From contig OZ251459.1 of assembly GCA_965242525.1 (NCBI GenBank), positions 2,208,001 to 2,272,000 of the forward strand: a stretch of DNA of 64,000 bases, read 5' to 3'. The translations under genes and the position numbers were made by a program. Source of the DNA: an uncultured Candidatus Binatia bacterium (lineage in GTDB: Bacteria > Desulfobacterota > Binatia > UBA9968 > JAJDTQ01). Within the stretch, counting starts at the first letter, position 1; each line of letters starts with the position of its first letter. Below the pieces are notes generated by a model. That model worked only from the letters and a program-made list of their open reading frames with translations, was not told the origin of the DNA and did no database searches. Positions 39,409-49,241 of this stretch are shown here, in pieces.

Positions 39409-39484
39409 CCTGGATTCCCGCTTTCGCGGGAATGACGAGGAGGGCCTTCGCGGGAATGACGAGGAGGGCCTTCGCGGGGATGAC
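39409..39484. repeat. Palindromic element family B (ATTCCC..GGGAATGAC, dRS3-like) with a 24-bp tandem expansion
   Basis: ggattcccgctttcgcgggaatgac followed by ttcgcgggaatgacgaggagggcc units (about 2.6 copies). Confidence 0.85.
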
Positions 39485-39495
39485 AAGGGCAGGCA

Positions 39496-41655
39496 CTAGC
39501 GCGCCGCAGGCGACGGCGCGCTCGGCCGCGCCCAACCCGCTTCCAGTTCCCGGCGGACGGCCCGGACCTGGTCCAGGAAGCGGTCGGTGACGGACTCGCC
39601 TTCCCGTCGGTTGCGGATGACCCGGGGGGTGATGAGGATGACGAGCTCGGTGCGCTCGGACCGTTCGAGGTCCGTGCGGAAGAGGGGGCCCAGGATCGGG
39701 AAGTCCATGAGCAAGGGGATGCCCAGGCGGGTCCGGCGGACGCTGTCGGTGATGATGCCGCCGATGACCAGGGTCTGGCCGTCCTGCAGCACCGCGGTGG
39801 TCTCCGCGTCCCGGACGTTGAAGGCGTTGAAGGACTGCCTCCCCACCGTCACCCTTTCGCCCACGTCGCTGACCTCCACCCGGACCTGAAGGTTCACGAG
39901 GCCCTCGGAGTTGACCTGCGGGACGATGGTCAGTATCCGTCCGACGTTCCGGAACCGGATGGTCGTGGTGGTGGCCTGCGCCTCCCGGGACACCACCGTC
40001 CCGGTGGCCACGGGCTGCTCGCTGCCCACCCGGATCCGCGCGGGACGGTTGTCCACCGCCAGCAGGTGGGGCGACGACAGCACCTTGACACGGGCGTCCT
40101 GCATCAGGGCGTTGACGAACACGCGAAAGTCACGCCCCGTCTCCACCACGGAAGTGAAGCCCGGGCCGACCAACTCGTCGAGGGGACGATCCCCTTCGGA
40201 GACAGGGGACCCGAACCCGCCTTGCGACAACGCGTACTCCACGCCGAACTCGAAGTCGTCGGTGAGCGTCACTTCGGCCACCAGCACTTCCATGAGCACC
40301 TGCCGCGGGATCTGGTCCAGCCTTTCGACCACCTCCTCCATGTGGAGGTACTCCCTCGGGGTCGCGAGGATCACCAGCGAGTTGGTGGTCGGCTCCGCCA
40401 CCACGCGGATGCCGTCCTCCCCGGCGTAGTCCCCGTCGGCGCCGCCCGCCTCGCCCTGGGATGGCGTGTCCCCGGGCGTATCGCTCCGCTCCCGGGTCGC
40501 CCCGTCCGGCAAATCCGGGAGCCCCGGCGCCTCGGCGCTCCCGGTGAACCACTCCGTGGAACTGCCAAACCACTCCGCGGAATGGCCAAAATGGCCAAGA
40601 TCCTGCAGGCCCAAGTCCCGGTCGGAGGGAAGCGACGGAACCGTCCCGGGACCGTCTCGGCCCGGCTCGGCTCCCGACGGGGACCGATTGGACCTCGACG
40701 AGGCCCGGCCGGACCCATAGACCTGTTCGAGGACCCGTGCGAGCTCGGTGGCCTTGCCGTTCTCCACCGGCCGGATGAAGATCTTCCGGCCCGGGGTCTC
40801 CCCGGCCACGTCGATGCGCTCGATCCAGTGCTTCACGTGGTTCCAGGCCGCTTCGCTGTAGGCGATGACCAGGAGCCGGTTGATGCGCGGCAGCGGGAGG
40901 AAGCGGGCCGCGAAATTTTCCTCCCGCTTTTCCTCCTGCGCTGCGGAAGCGGCCGACAGGCTCATGGCCGCGGCCATCTCCCGGGCCAGGATGCGGGCCG
41001 GGGCCGCTCTGGGCTTGTACAACTCCATCCGCGCGCCCGCGAACGCCCGGTGGTCGATGAGTGTCATGATCTCGGACAAACGTCGGATGTTCGACGGCAG
41101 GTCCGCGAGCACCAGGTAGTTCCCGCGCACGCCTTCGAGGACGGTCCCTCCTTCGCTCAGGAAGGGTTCCAGCAGCCGTTTCATGGAGGCCGCGGGGAAG
41201 AACCGCACGGGCAGGACGCGCATGGTGAAACCGCCCTCCCGGGCCGCGTCCGGACGAGCCAGCTCGGCGCCCCGGGAGACGCCGGTGATCCGGTAGAGGT
41301 TCCCCTGCCGGACGGCCATGGCGCCATGGATCCGCAGGACCTCGTGGAAGATGGGCAGGAGGTCGTCCTTCCTTACCGGCTGCCCGCTGAACAGGGTGAC
41401 CAAGCCGCCCACGTCCCGGTCGATGGTGTAGTTGAGCCGAAGGTGCCGGGCCAGCACGTGGATGACCTCCACCAGGTCGGCGTTGTCGAAGTTCAGGGTC
41501 ACCGTGCCCGGACCCTCGGGGGCCGGGACCCCGGCAGACGCCGGGGGCTCCCGGAGGGGCGGGGGCGCCGCGGTCTCCTGCCCCGGCGCCGGACCCGCGC
41601 ATACGAAGGCTGCGGCCATGAACCATGAAACAATCCACAGGGACTTGACGATCAT
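39496..41655 (-). CDS. gspD: Type II secretion secretin GspD
   Basis: VTLNFDNADL N0 domain, TNSLVI..LDQIPRQVLMEV, VLSSPHL..DN..A.I.VG, LGIPLLMDFPILGPLF, TELVILITPRVI. Confidence 0.88.
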   Translation of the reverse strand: MIVKSLWIVSWFMAAAFVCAGPAPGQETAAPPPLREPPASAGVPAPEGPGTVTLNFDNADLVEVIHVLARHLRLNYTIDRDVGGLVTLFSGQPVRKDDLLPIFHEVLRIHGAMAVRQGNLYRITGVSRGAELARPDAAREGGFTMRVLPVRFFPAASMKRLLEPFLSEGGTVLEGVRGNYLVLADLPSNIRRLSEIMTLIDHRAFAGARMELYKPRAAPARILAREMAAAMSLSAASAAQEEKREENFAARFLPLPRINRLLVIAYSEAAWNHVKHWIERIDVAGETPGRKIFIRPVENGKATELARVLEQVYGSGRASSRSNRSPSGAEPGRDGPGTVPSLPSDRDLGLQDLGHFGHSAEWFGSSTEWFTGSAEAPGLPDLPDGATRERSDTPGDTPSQGEAGGADGDYAGEDGIRVVAEPTTNSLVILATPREYLHMEEVVERLDQIPRQVLMEVLVAEVTLTDDFEFGVEYALSQGGFGSPVSEGDRPLDELVGPGFTSVVETGRDFRVFVNALMQDARVKVLSSPHLLAVDNRPARIRVGSEQPVATGTVVSREAQATTTTIRFRNVGRILTIVPQVNSEGLVNLQVRVEVSDVGERVTVGRQSFNAFNVRDAETTAVLQDGQTLVIGGIITDSVRRTRLGIPLLMDFPILGPLFRTDLERSERTELVILITPRVIRNRREGESVTDRFLDQVRAVRRELEAGWARPSAPSPAAR

Positions 41656-41743
41656 CTCCCCATGATATGCAAAAAGCGGGCCGCGAGCCGCCGGGGGATG
41701 CATATGCACCAGGGAAACCCTGAACGACCCCCGGAGGGAGAGC

Positions 41744-41783
41744 GCGTCCTTCGACTTCGCTTCGCTACGCTCAGGACGAACGG
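41744..41783 (+). repeat. REP-like element family A, copy 4
   Basis: gcgtccttcgacttcgcttcgctacgctcaggacgaacgg. Confidence 0.9.
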
Positions 41784-41837
41784 GGATAGTAGGATCAGGG
41801 TGAGGGAACCCGGCCTGGATGTCTCGATTGTTCGGAG

Positions 41838-41996
41838 GTTCCTTCGCGCATATGGAGGGTCAGGGTCAGCATCTCGTTCGCCCCATGCTCATGTGCGGAT
41901 GGGACGGTTGCGGGGCCTGATGGTGGTTACTACGGGGCAGCATCTCGTTCGCCCCCATGCTCATGTGCAGTTCCTTCGCGCATATGGAGGGTCAGG
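41838..41996. repeat. Two direct-repeat pairs arranged A-B-x-B-A
   Basis: A = gttccttcgcgcatatggagggtcagg (41838, 41970); B = cagcatctcgttcgcccc(c)atgctcatgtgc (41867, 41938). Confidence 0.8.
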
Positions 41997-44331
41997 AGCC
42001 CAGGCCGAGGAGGTTGAACTTGAGGGAGACCGTCGTGCGGTCCGGGTTGCTCTTCCGGTCCACGAACAGGGCCAGGGTCCAGCACTCGCACTGGGAGAGG
42101 TACTTGACGCCCCCCCGGTTGCTGGCGAACCGGGAGGCGGCGCCGTCATAGGCGCCGTCGTAGCGCAACAGGATGTGGTCCGTCATGCGCCACAGGGCGC
42201 TGACGCGCACGCCGTTCAGGGAGTCCCGCTGTTCGCACCGGGGGTCCCCGGGGCAGTCCGCGAGCAGGTCCAGGTTGGCGTGCTCCCCGAGGGGGGAGAG
42301 CGGGTTCGCCCGGACGTAGCGGTACGCGAGCGACAGGCTGGCCGGACGCCGGAAGTCCGCATCCGCGGCCTTCGCCTCCGGGGGCGCCGCACCGTGCAGC
42401 GAGAACCCCACGGACGCCTGCCGAAGGTTCCCTGTGTCCGGGTCCATGCCCAGGCCGGCCGTCAGGTCGAGGTTGTCCGCGGGGCGGAAGCCGAGCCCCA
42501 CGTCCACGTCGGACAGGCCGTCCCGCCCTCCCCGGTCCAGGTCGAGGCTCGCTCCCAGGCTCGCCCGGGCCAACGGCCCCGGGGCGCCGCCATCCTCCCG
42601 ACGGCCGGCGTTGTCGCCCCCTGGATCCCGCAAACCGCCCTCGCCGCTCCGTACCCAGAAACGGTTGTCCAACGAGAACTCCAGCAGGTTGCGGCGGTTG
42701 ATCCTGTCCACGCGGTCCCATACGGGGATGCCGCTCTGGTCCGTGGAGGGGGTGAACAGGTAGCCCACCGCAGGCTCCACCACGTGCCGGATGCGGCGCG
42801 CCCCGCCGTAGTCGCGGCTCAGGGAGGTGGCCAGCCGCCCCCGCACCTCCACCAGCTCCCGGGAGCCGGTGCGGGCGAACTTTCCCGTGTAGTCGTTGCG
42901 CGAAGCGTCGTACTTGCCGTCCACGGAGTCCAGCCGATACACGGTCTCGCGCAAGGCCACGCCGGCCAGGAGCCGGAAGTGGCGGCCCAAGGTGACCGGC
43001 CACGTGAGCTCGGGCCGAAGGTCCAGCCTCAGGCCGTCCGCCCCCTGCTCCCGCACGTAGTGGGTCAGGTCCACGTCCCAGCCCAGGTCCAGGCGCTCCC
43101 CCAGGGCGCGGACGCCGTGGAAGGAGAGGCGCGGGACCCGATGGAGCGCATGCTTCTGCGGCTGCACCAAGTCCTGCTGGTACTCCAGCTCTCCTTCGAG
43201 GGTCATCCCGGACCCGCTCCGGTAGAAGCCCAACCGGGACGCGCTGTAGCGGCTCGTGCGGACCGGCCGCGTCTCCGGGGCCGCCGAGCCGGAAGAATCC
43301 GTCAACTCCCGGGCCGCCAGGCTGTCGCTGTACAGCGCCACGTCGCTGTAGGTGGCCCACGCGGCGCCGCTCCGGTGGGTCAGCGACACGCGCCAGCGGT
43401 CCGCGGGAACCGCGGGGTCCGCGATGTCCCCGTGCTCCGCCGGCCCGGCCCCGCGACTGCGTCCATGCCTGCGCTCGTCGAAGTAGGCGACCTCCAAGCT
43501 GCCGTCCGTCGAGCGGTCGAGGACCGTGCGGTACTGCCCGGCGACGCCGATCCGGGCCTTGGACTCCACCGCGAGGTTGACGGTCACGTCGTTGCTCGCG
43601 TCCGGGGCCCAGAAGAAGGGCTGCCGATAGAGCAGGCCATCCCGGTCGGACCAGCCCAGGGAAGGAAAGAGCAGCCCGGTGGTGCGTTCCGTACGGTGGG
43701 GGAAGTATGCGTAAGGCAGGTACAGCACCGGGACGTCATGGACGTAGAAGGTGACGTCCTCGCCCGTAGCTTCCCGGTTCTCGCGCAGCCGGACCTTCCG
43801 GGCGCCGATGCGCCAAGGGGGCGGCCCCTGCTCGCAGAGGCAGGTGGTGAAGGAGCCGTCTTCCACCTCGTAGGTCTGTCCGGCGAACTTCTCCAGGCGG
43901 CTTCCGCGGACGCTCAGGTTCCTTTCCTCGAGGAAGACATCGGGGTCCAGGACCGTGCCGGTCTCGTCCTCCACCTCCAGCTCCAACTCCGACGCTCGCA
44001 GCCGGTAACGCGGCGCACGGACGAAGACCGCCCCCCGGGCTTGCAACTTGCCCGCGGCCCGGTCGAGAGCCACCGAATCCGCGCCGAACACGGTCCGCCC
44101 CCGCCGGACCTCCACGTTGCCCCTGGCCCGGACGGTGTTGCCCTTGTCGCCGACCTCCAGGCTCTCGTCCGCGGTGACTTCGATGGGCTCCCCGGCCTCC
44201 TCTCCGCCGGACCGGACCTGGGCTACGGCAACGGGCGCAAGATGGCACCAGATGGCGAGCGCGCAGACGAGGGTCGAGACCCGGCGCAAGCCGGGCGCGG
44301 CCGGCGCGGGTCGGTGGTCAACGGTGGCCAT
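41992..44331 (-). CDS. lptD: LPS-assembly protein LptD
   Basis: IEVTADE..ARGNVEV, FTTC.C..PPWRIGA, PVLYLPY..RTTGLLFP, SQCECW, FNLLGLG. Confidence 0.85.
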   Translation of the reverse strand: MATVDHRPAPAAPGLRRVSTLVCALAIWCHLAPVAVAQVRSGGEEAGEPIEVTADESLEVGDKGNTVRARGNVEVRRGRTVFGADSVALDRAAGKLQARGAVFVRAPRYRLRASELELEVEDETGTVLDPDVFLEERNLSVRGSRLEKFAGQTYEVEDGSFTTCLCEQGPPPWRIGARKVRLRENREATGEDVTFYVHDVPVLYLPYAYFPHRTERTTGLLFPSLGWSDRDGLLYRQPFFWAPDASNDVTVNLAVESKARIGVAGQYRTVLDRSTDGSLEVAYFDERRHGRSRGAGPAEHGDIADPAVPADRWRVSLTHRSGAAWATYSDVALYSDSLAARELTDSSGSAAPETRPVRTSRYSASRLGFYRSGSGMTLEGELEYQQDLVQPQKHALHRVPRLSFHGVRALGERLDLGWDVDLTHYVREQGADGLRLDLRPELTWPVTLGRHFRLLAGVALRETVYRLDSVDGKYDASRNDYTGKFARTGSRELVEVRGRLATSLSRDYGGARRIRHVVEPAVGYLFTPSTDQSGIPVWDRVDRINRRNLLEFSLDNRFWVRSGEGGLRDPGGDNAGRREDGGAPGPLARASLGASLDLDRGGRDGLSDVDVGLGFRPADNLDLTAGLGMDPDTGNLRQASVGFSLHGAAPPEAKAADADFRRPASLSLAYRYVRANPLSPLGEHANLDLLADCPGDPRCEQRDSLNGVRVSALWRMTDHILLRYDGAYDGAASRFASNRGGVKYLSQCECWTLALFVDRKSNPDRTTVSLKFNLLGLGS

Positions 44332-45613
44332 GCGGTCGCGCCGACAGTTGGAGGGCCTTGGCGCGGACTGCGCCGACGAGATGGAGGGACCCTGCCACCA
44401 GGATGGGGGCGTCCCGCCGGGACCGGTCCGCGGCGAGCCTGGAAAGCGCCGCTGCCGGGTCTTCCGCTGTTGTGGCCGGAACCCCCGGAGGCAGGGCCGC
44501 GGCAAGGGATTCCGGGGCCGCGCCCCGTTCGGACGGCGCCCGGGTCAACACCGCCTCCTCGCACACGCAGCCCAGGGCGGCGAGCATGGAGCGCCAGTCC
44601 TTGTCGGCCATGCTGCCGAAGAGCAACCGGACCTTCTTCGGGCCGAGGAGGCTCCGGACCTCGCGGCAGAGGACCTCCACGCCGCCGCGGTTGTGGGCGC
44701 CGTCCAGGATGACGAGCGGGGGTCCCGGAAGGACCTCGAACCGTCCCGGCCACGCCGCGGACCCGAGGCCGGCGCGCACCGACCTCTCGGTCACGGGCAG
44801 GACCGTGCGCAGGCGCTCCAGCGACGCCAGCGCGACCCCGGCGTTGTGCCTCTGGTACTCGCCGCGAAGGCCCAGGTCCAGGCCATCCAGACGCCAGTCC
44901 CGACCGCGGTAGTCCAGCCGCCCGCGCCCGTCCGGGGCCGCCGAGTAGTCCCTGTCCCACTCGTCCACCGGGACCCCGCGGGAGCGCGCGATGCCGCGTA
45001 TGACGCGCCTGGCCGCGGGCGCCAGGGCGCCGCACACCAGCGAGGCGCCGGGCTTGACGATGCCGCCCTTCTCCCGGGCGATGGAGGCGATGCGGCTTCC
45101 GAGGAAACGCTCGTGGTCCCGGGAGATGGTAGTGATGGCGCAGACGTTCGGACGGACCACGTTGGTGGCGTCGAGCCTCCCCCCGAGCCCCACCTCCACC
45201 ACCGCGGCCTCCGCCCCTTCCCGGGCGAAGTGCAGGAAGGCCATGACCGTGGCGAACTCGAAGAACGTGAGGCCCAGGGACGCCCGCCCGGTGCGCTCGG
45301 AGATTTCCGCCACCAGGGCCGCCACCGCGGCCCGGGCGATCGGCCGTCTGCCCACCCGGATGCGCTCGGTGAAAGCCGCTAGGTGCGGCGAGGTGTAGAG
45401 TCCCGCGCGATAGCGCTGGGCGCACAGCACCGAATGGATCATCGCGGCGGTGGAGCCTTTGCCGTTGGTCCCCGCCACGTGGCAGACCCGGAACCGGTGA
45501 TGGGGGTTGCCGAACAACGACAACGCCCGGGACACGCGCTCGAGCCCCAGGTCGATCTCGGCCCCGCGAAGGTTGTAGAGGAAGTCGAGACTCTTCTGGT
45601 AGGAACTCGCCAC
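44318..45613 (-). CDS. folC: Folylpolyglutamate/dihydrofolate synthase
   Basis: HVAGTNGKGST, YTSPHL, EVGLGGRLDATN, WPGRFE, LDGAHN. Confidence 0.95.
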   Translation of the reverse strand: MASSYQKSLDFLYNLRGAEIDLGLERVSRALSLFGNPHHRFRVCHVAGTNGKGSTAAMIHSVLCAQRYRAGLYTSPHLAAFTERIRVGRRPIARAAVAALVAEISERTGRASLGLTFFEFATVMAFLHFAREGAEAAVVEVGLGGRLDATNVVRPNVCAITTISRDHERFLGSRIASIAREKGGIVKPGASLVCGALAPAARRVIRGIARSRGVPVDEWDRDYSAAPDGRGRLDYRGRDWRLDGLDLGLRGEYQRHNAGVALASLERLRTVLPVTERSVRAGLGSAAWPGRFEVLPGPPLVILDGAHNRGGVEVLCREVRSLLGPKKVRLLFGSMADKDWRSMLAALGCVCEEAVLTRAPSERGAAPESLAAALPPGVPATTAEDPAAALSRLAADRSRRDAPILVAGSLHLVGAVRAKALQLSARPHGHR

Positions 45614-45634
45614 GTCCCGGAGCCGCGCGGCCGG

Positions 45635-46258
45635 TCATGCCGCCTTCGCTGCCGCGATGAAGTCCTTCATCCGCGGGTGGTCCTTGCGCCCCGGCTCGGC
45701 TTCCACCCCGGTGCACACGTCCACCCCGAAAGGCCCGGTCTCGCGCACCGCTTGGCCCACGTTGTCCGCGTCGAGTCCTCCGGCGAGGATCACGGGACGC
45801 GCCAGGGGGACCGTCAGCCACGACCAGGCGAAGGCGGACCCGGAGCCCCCGAGCCCCCGGCTCCAGGAGTCCAGCAGGTAGTAGTCCACCGGGTACTCCC
45901 CGATCCCCCGGATCATGTCCGGGCCGGTGACCCGGAACGCCTTGATGACCTTGAGGGGCCAGCGGGCGCAGTAGGCCCGCTCCTCGTCGCCGTGGAACTG
46001 CACCGCGGTGAGGCCCGGGCTTCCCCCGGACCGGCACGACCGGAGCACCGACTCCACGTGCGGCCGGGACTCGTTGGCGAACACCCCCGCAGTGCAGGTC
46101 CCGGGGGGCAATTCCCGAAGGATGCGCGCTGCGTCCTCGGGCGGGAGGTAGCGCGGGCTCGGCGGATAGAAGTTGAACCCGAGGGCGTCGGCGCCGTACT
46201 CCAGCGCCCGCAACGCGTCGTCGGCGTTGGTGACGCCGCAGATCTTAACCTTGACCAT
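45635..46258 (-). CDS. trpF: Phosphoribosylanthranilate isomerase
   Basis: VKICGVT, SPRY, QFHGDE, LAGGL, GVDVCTGVE. Confidence 0.95.
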   Translation of the reverse strand: MVKVKICGVTNADDALRALEYGADALGFNFYPPSPRYLPPEDAARILRELPPGTCTAGVFANESRPHVESVLRSCRSGGSPGLTAVQFHGDEERAYCARWPLKVIKAFRVTGPDMIRGIGEYPVDYYLLDSWSRGLGGSGSAFAWSWLTVPLARPVILAGGLDADNVGQAVRETGPFGVDVCTGVEAEPGRKDHPRMKDFIAAAKAA

Positions 46259-47081
46259 GGCGTCGGGCCGCGGCGTCCGCCCCGAGGAGCTCGGCGAGCT
46301 TGGCGCCGGGGTCTTCCGCGCGCATGAGGGTCTCGCCCACCAGGAAGACCCGGGCGCCGGAAGCCTCCAGCCGCTCCACCTGCTCCACGTCCCCGATGCC
46401 GCTCTCGCACACCGCCAGCACGTGCGGCGGGACCCGGGGCAGGAGGGATTCGGCCACCCCCAGGTCCACCCGGAAGGTCCGCAGGTCCCGGTTGTTGATC
46501 CCGATGAGGGACGCGCCGATGCCGAGGGCCGCCTCCAGCTCGGACTCCGAGTGCACCTCCACCAGCACGTCCAGGGAACGGGACCGGGCCTCCGCGTGGA
46601 GTTCCTCCAACGCGCCCCCGTCCAGCATGGCGGCGATCAGGAGCACCGCGTCCGCGCCGAAGCTGCGGGCTTCCACGATCTGGTACGGGTCCAGCACGAA
46701 GTCCTTCCGCAGCACCGGCAGGGAGACCCTGGAGGCGATTTCGGACAGGTAGCGCAGGGAGCCGCTGAAGAACCGCTCCTCGGTGACCACCGAGAGGGCG
46801 GCGGCGCCGTTGGCTTCGTAATCCGACGCAATGGCCACCGGGTCGAAGTCCGGGCGGATCATCCCCTGGGACGGCGACGCGCGTTTCACCTCGGCGATGA
46901 CGCGCCTTCCGGGCCGGGACAGGGACTCCAGGAACCCACGGGGGCCCCGCTGGTACAGCCGGGTGTGGACCAGCGACTTGGCCGGGGTCTCCTCCCGGCG
47001 GAAGGCCACCTGCGCGCGCACATGGGCCACGATCCGCTCCAGGAAGTCGTTCTTCGTCGGCGGCTCGTTCTCAGGCGTCAT
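46245..47081 (-). CDS. trpC: Indole-3-glycerol phosphate synthase
   Basis: IAEVKRASPS, LRKDF, GINNRDL, ESGI, LVGETLM. Confidence 0.96.
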   Translation of the reverse strand: MTPENEPPTKNDFLERIVAHVRAQVAFRREETPAKSLVHTRLYQRGPRGFLESLSRPGRRVIAEVKRASPSQGMIRPDFDPVAIASDYEANGAAALSVVTEERFFSGSLRYLSEIASRVSLPVLRKDFVLDPYQIVEARSFGADAVLLIAAMLDGGALEELHAEARSRSLDVLVEVHSESELEAALGIGASLIGINNRDLRTFRVDLGVAESLLPRVPPHVLAVCESGIGDVEQVERLEASGARVFLVGETLMRAEDPGAKLAELLGADAAARRHGQG

Positions 47082-47123
47082 CCGCGATCCTCGCGAAGGG
47101 TTCGGGCCGGGGCCACGGTCAGG

Positions 47124-48140
47124 TCACGCCTCGTTGGTGAGCCGCACCAGATGTTCGAGCTTGCCCAGGGCGGCGCCCGAATCGATGCGCTCCCGGGCCA
47201 GGTCGATGCCCTCGGCCACGGTGGCCGTCCGTTCGCTGACGCAAAGGGCGGCGCCGCTGTTGAGCAGCACCACGTCCCGGGCAGGTCCCCGCCCTCCCCG
47301 GAGGACGTCCGTCACGATGGCCGCGCATTCCGTCGGGTCCCTTGCGGTCAACCGTTCCGCGGGGCAAGCCTCGAAGCCGAACTCCTCGGGGGTGAGCGTG
47401 TAGCGGACCACCGCGCCGTCCTTCCACTCGGCCACCGCGGTGGGCCCGCCCAGGGAGATCTCGTCCAGGCCCTCGTCGCCGTGGACCACCATGGCCCGCT
47501 CGCTGCCGAGGTTGCCCAGGACCCGGGCCACGGTCTCCAGCAGCGCGCCGTCGTAGATGCCCATGAGCTGGCGGCCGGCCCGGGCCGGGTTGGTCAACGG
47601 ACCCAGGAGGTTGAAGATGGTGCGGATGCCCACCTCCCGGCGCGGGGCCGCGGCATACTTCATGGCCTCGTGCAGCAGCGGCGCGAACAGGAAGCCGAGG
47701 CCCGCCTCGCCCAGGCACCGCTCCACGGTCTCCCTGGAGGCGTCGATCTTCACCCCGAGGGCGTCCAGCACGTCGGCGCTGCCCGAGCCGCTGGAGACCG
47801 CCCGGTTCCCGTGCTTGGCCACGGTGACGCCCGCGGCGGCCACCACGAACGCCACCGTGGTGGAGATGTTGAAGGTGTTCTTGCCGTCGCCGCCGGTGCC
47901 GCAGGTATCGAGGACGCGGCCCTCCCCCGCGTCCACGCGCCGGGCCTTCTCCCGCATGACCCGGGCCGCGCCGGTGATCTCCTCCACCGTCTCGCCCTGG
48001 ATGCGCAACGCGGTGAGGAACGCCCCCACCTGGATGGGCGTGGCCTCCCCGGTCATCACCTGGCCCATGACCTCGACCATCTCCGGCTCGGAGAGGTCCG
48101 CGCCGCCCACCAGTCGGGCAATGGCCTGCTGGACGTTCAT
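47124..48140 (-). CDS. trpD: Anthranilate phosphoribosyltransferase
   Basis: DTCGTGGDG, FNISTT, KHGNRAVSS, FNLLGPLTNP, GLDEIS. Confidence 0.97.
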   Translation of the reverse strand: MNVQQAIARLVGGADLSEPEMVEVMGQVMTGEATPIQVGAFLTALRIQGETVEEITGAARVMREKARRVDAGEGRVLDTCGTGGDGKNTFNISTTVAFVVAAAGVTVAKHGNRAVSSGSGSADVLDALGVKIDASRETVERCLGEAGLGFLFAPLLHEAMKYAAAPRREVGIRTIFNLLGPLTNPARAGRQLMGIYDGALLETVARVLGNLGSERAMVVHGDEGLDEISLGGPTAVAEWKDGAVVRYTLTPEEFGFEACPAERLTARDPTECAAIVTDVLRGGRGPARDVVLLNSGAALCVSERTATVAEGIDLARERIDSGAALGKLEHLVRLTNEA

Positions 48141-48706
48141 CGGCTCCTCGTGATCTCCGCGTTCTTGAAGTTCGCCGCCTTGAGCCGTTCCAGGTCGCCC
48201 ATGGCGTCCTGGCGGCTTCCGTACCTTCCCACCCGCACCCGGTAGAACGTCCTGTCGTTGAGCTGCACAGACACCATGTAGGCGCCGTAGCCCTGCCGCC
48301 TGAGCTTCGCCACCATGTCGTCCGCGGTGGAGCGGCTCCGGGACGCGAACACCTGCACCGTCCACGGCGCCGGGTCGCCTTCGGTCCGGCCCTGGGCCGA
48401 AGGTTTGGGGTCACGGGAGGGTTTGGGGTCCGGGGAAAGCTCGGTGGCCGGGGGAGGCTTGGGCGTGGTCAGGGTCTCGTAGAAGGTCATGTCCTGCTCG
48501 TCCTTGGGGGCGCCGGACTCCACCGGGACCCGGACCGCCTGTCCCTCGGTCCGCAGGAGCTTTCGCTCCTCGATGCTCTGCCCGATGAGGATGCCGAGGA
48601 AGAAGACCACCACGAACCCGGCGGCGAACAGGGACGAGACGGTGATGAGTTGGGGACGGTTGAAATAGACCAGACCGTCTTCCGTCGCCTTTCGATGATC
48701 GGCCAT
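48137..48706 (-). CDS. SPOR-domain membrane protein
   Basis: TM helix, DMTFYETL, WTVQVFAS..YRVRVGRY. Confidence 0.85.
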   Translation of the reverse strand: MADHRKATEDGLVYFNRPQLITVSSLFAAGFVVVFFLGILIGQSIEERKLLRTEGQAVRVPVESGAPKDEQDMTFYETLTTPKPPPATELSPDPKPSRDPKPSAQGRTEGDPAPWTVQVFASRSRSTADDMVAKLRRQGYGAYMVSVQLNDRTFYRVRVGRYGSRQDAMGDLERLKAANFKNAEITRSR

Positions 48707-48800
48707 AGCTACCAGTGAACCGCGGGTTTCGGCTCGCGGCCCGTTCCGCGAGCGGGCAGAGGGGTCCGGGCGGGGCCCGCACCGACGACGGCTGCCTCCC

Positions 48801-49238
48801 TCAGGCCTGGCCGGCCGGGGGCGGGGCGCCGGCCCCCTCGCCGCTTCCGGCCTCGCCGCCTGCCGCGGCCCCGGCCTCCGTCCCTGCCGGCATCAGCTCG
48901 ATGACCGAGAGCGGCGCCGCATCGCCTCGGCGGCGCCCGACCTTCACGACCCGGGTGTAACCGCCGCTGCGGTCCCGGAAGCGCGGCCCGAGCTCGCCGA
49001 ACAGGCGCGCCACCACCGCCTTGTCCTGGACGAAGGCCAGGGCGCGGCGCCGGGCGTGGAGGCTGCCGTCCTTGCCGAGGGTGATGAGCCAGTCCGCCCA
49101 ACCCCGCAGTTCCTTGGCCTTGGCGTCGGTGGTGGTGATGCGGTCGTGGCGCAGCAGCGACGTGGCCATGTTGCGCAACAACGCCAGCCGGTGGCTGGGA
49201 CTGCGGTTCAGCTTCCTGCCTTTCTTCAAGTGCCGCAT
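48801..49238 (-). CDS. rplQ: 50S ribosomal protein L17
   Basis: MRHLKKGRKLNR..GGYTRV. Confidence 0.98.
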   Translation of the reverse strand: MRHLKKGRKLNRSPSHRLALLRNMATSLLRHDRITTTDAKAKELRGWADWLITLGKDGSLHARRRALAFVQDKAVVARLFGELGPRFRDRSGGYTRVVKVGRRRGDAAPLSVIELMPAGTEAGAAAGGEAGSGEGAGAPPPAGQA

Positions 49239-49241
49239 GGA

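Noticed and set aside
39320-39535. 71-aa ORF with VIPAKA repeats
   Set aside because: It is merely the translation of palindromic repeat family B
41838-41996. Degenerate type I-E CRISPR (unit A loosely resembles GTTCCCCGCGCA..GGGG)
   Set aside because: Only two copies, no regular repeat-spacer period, and no cas genes
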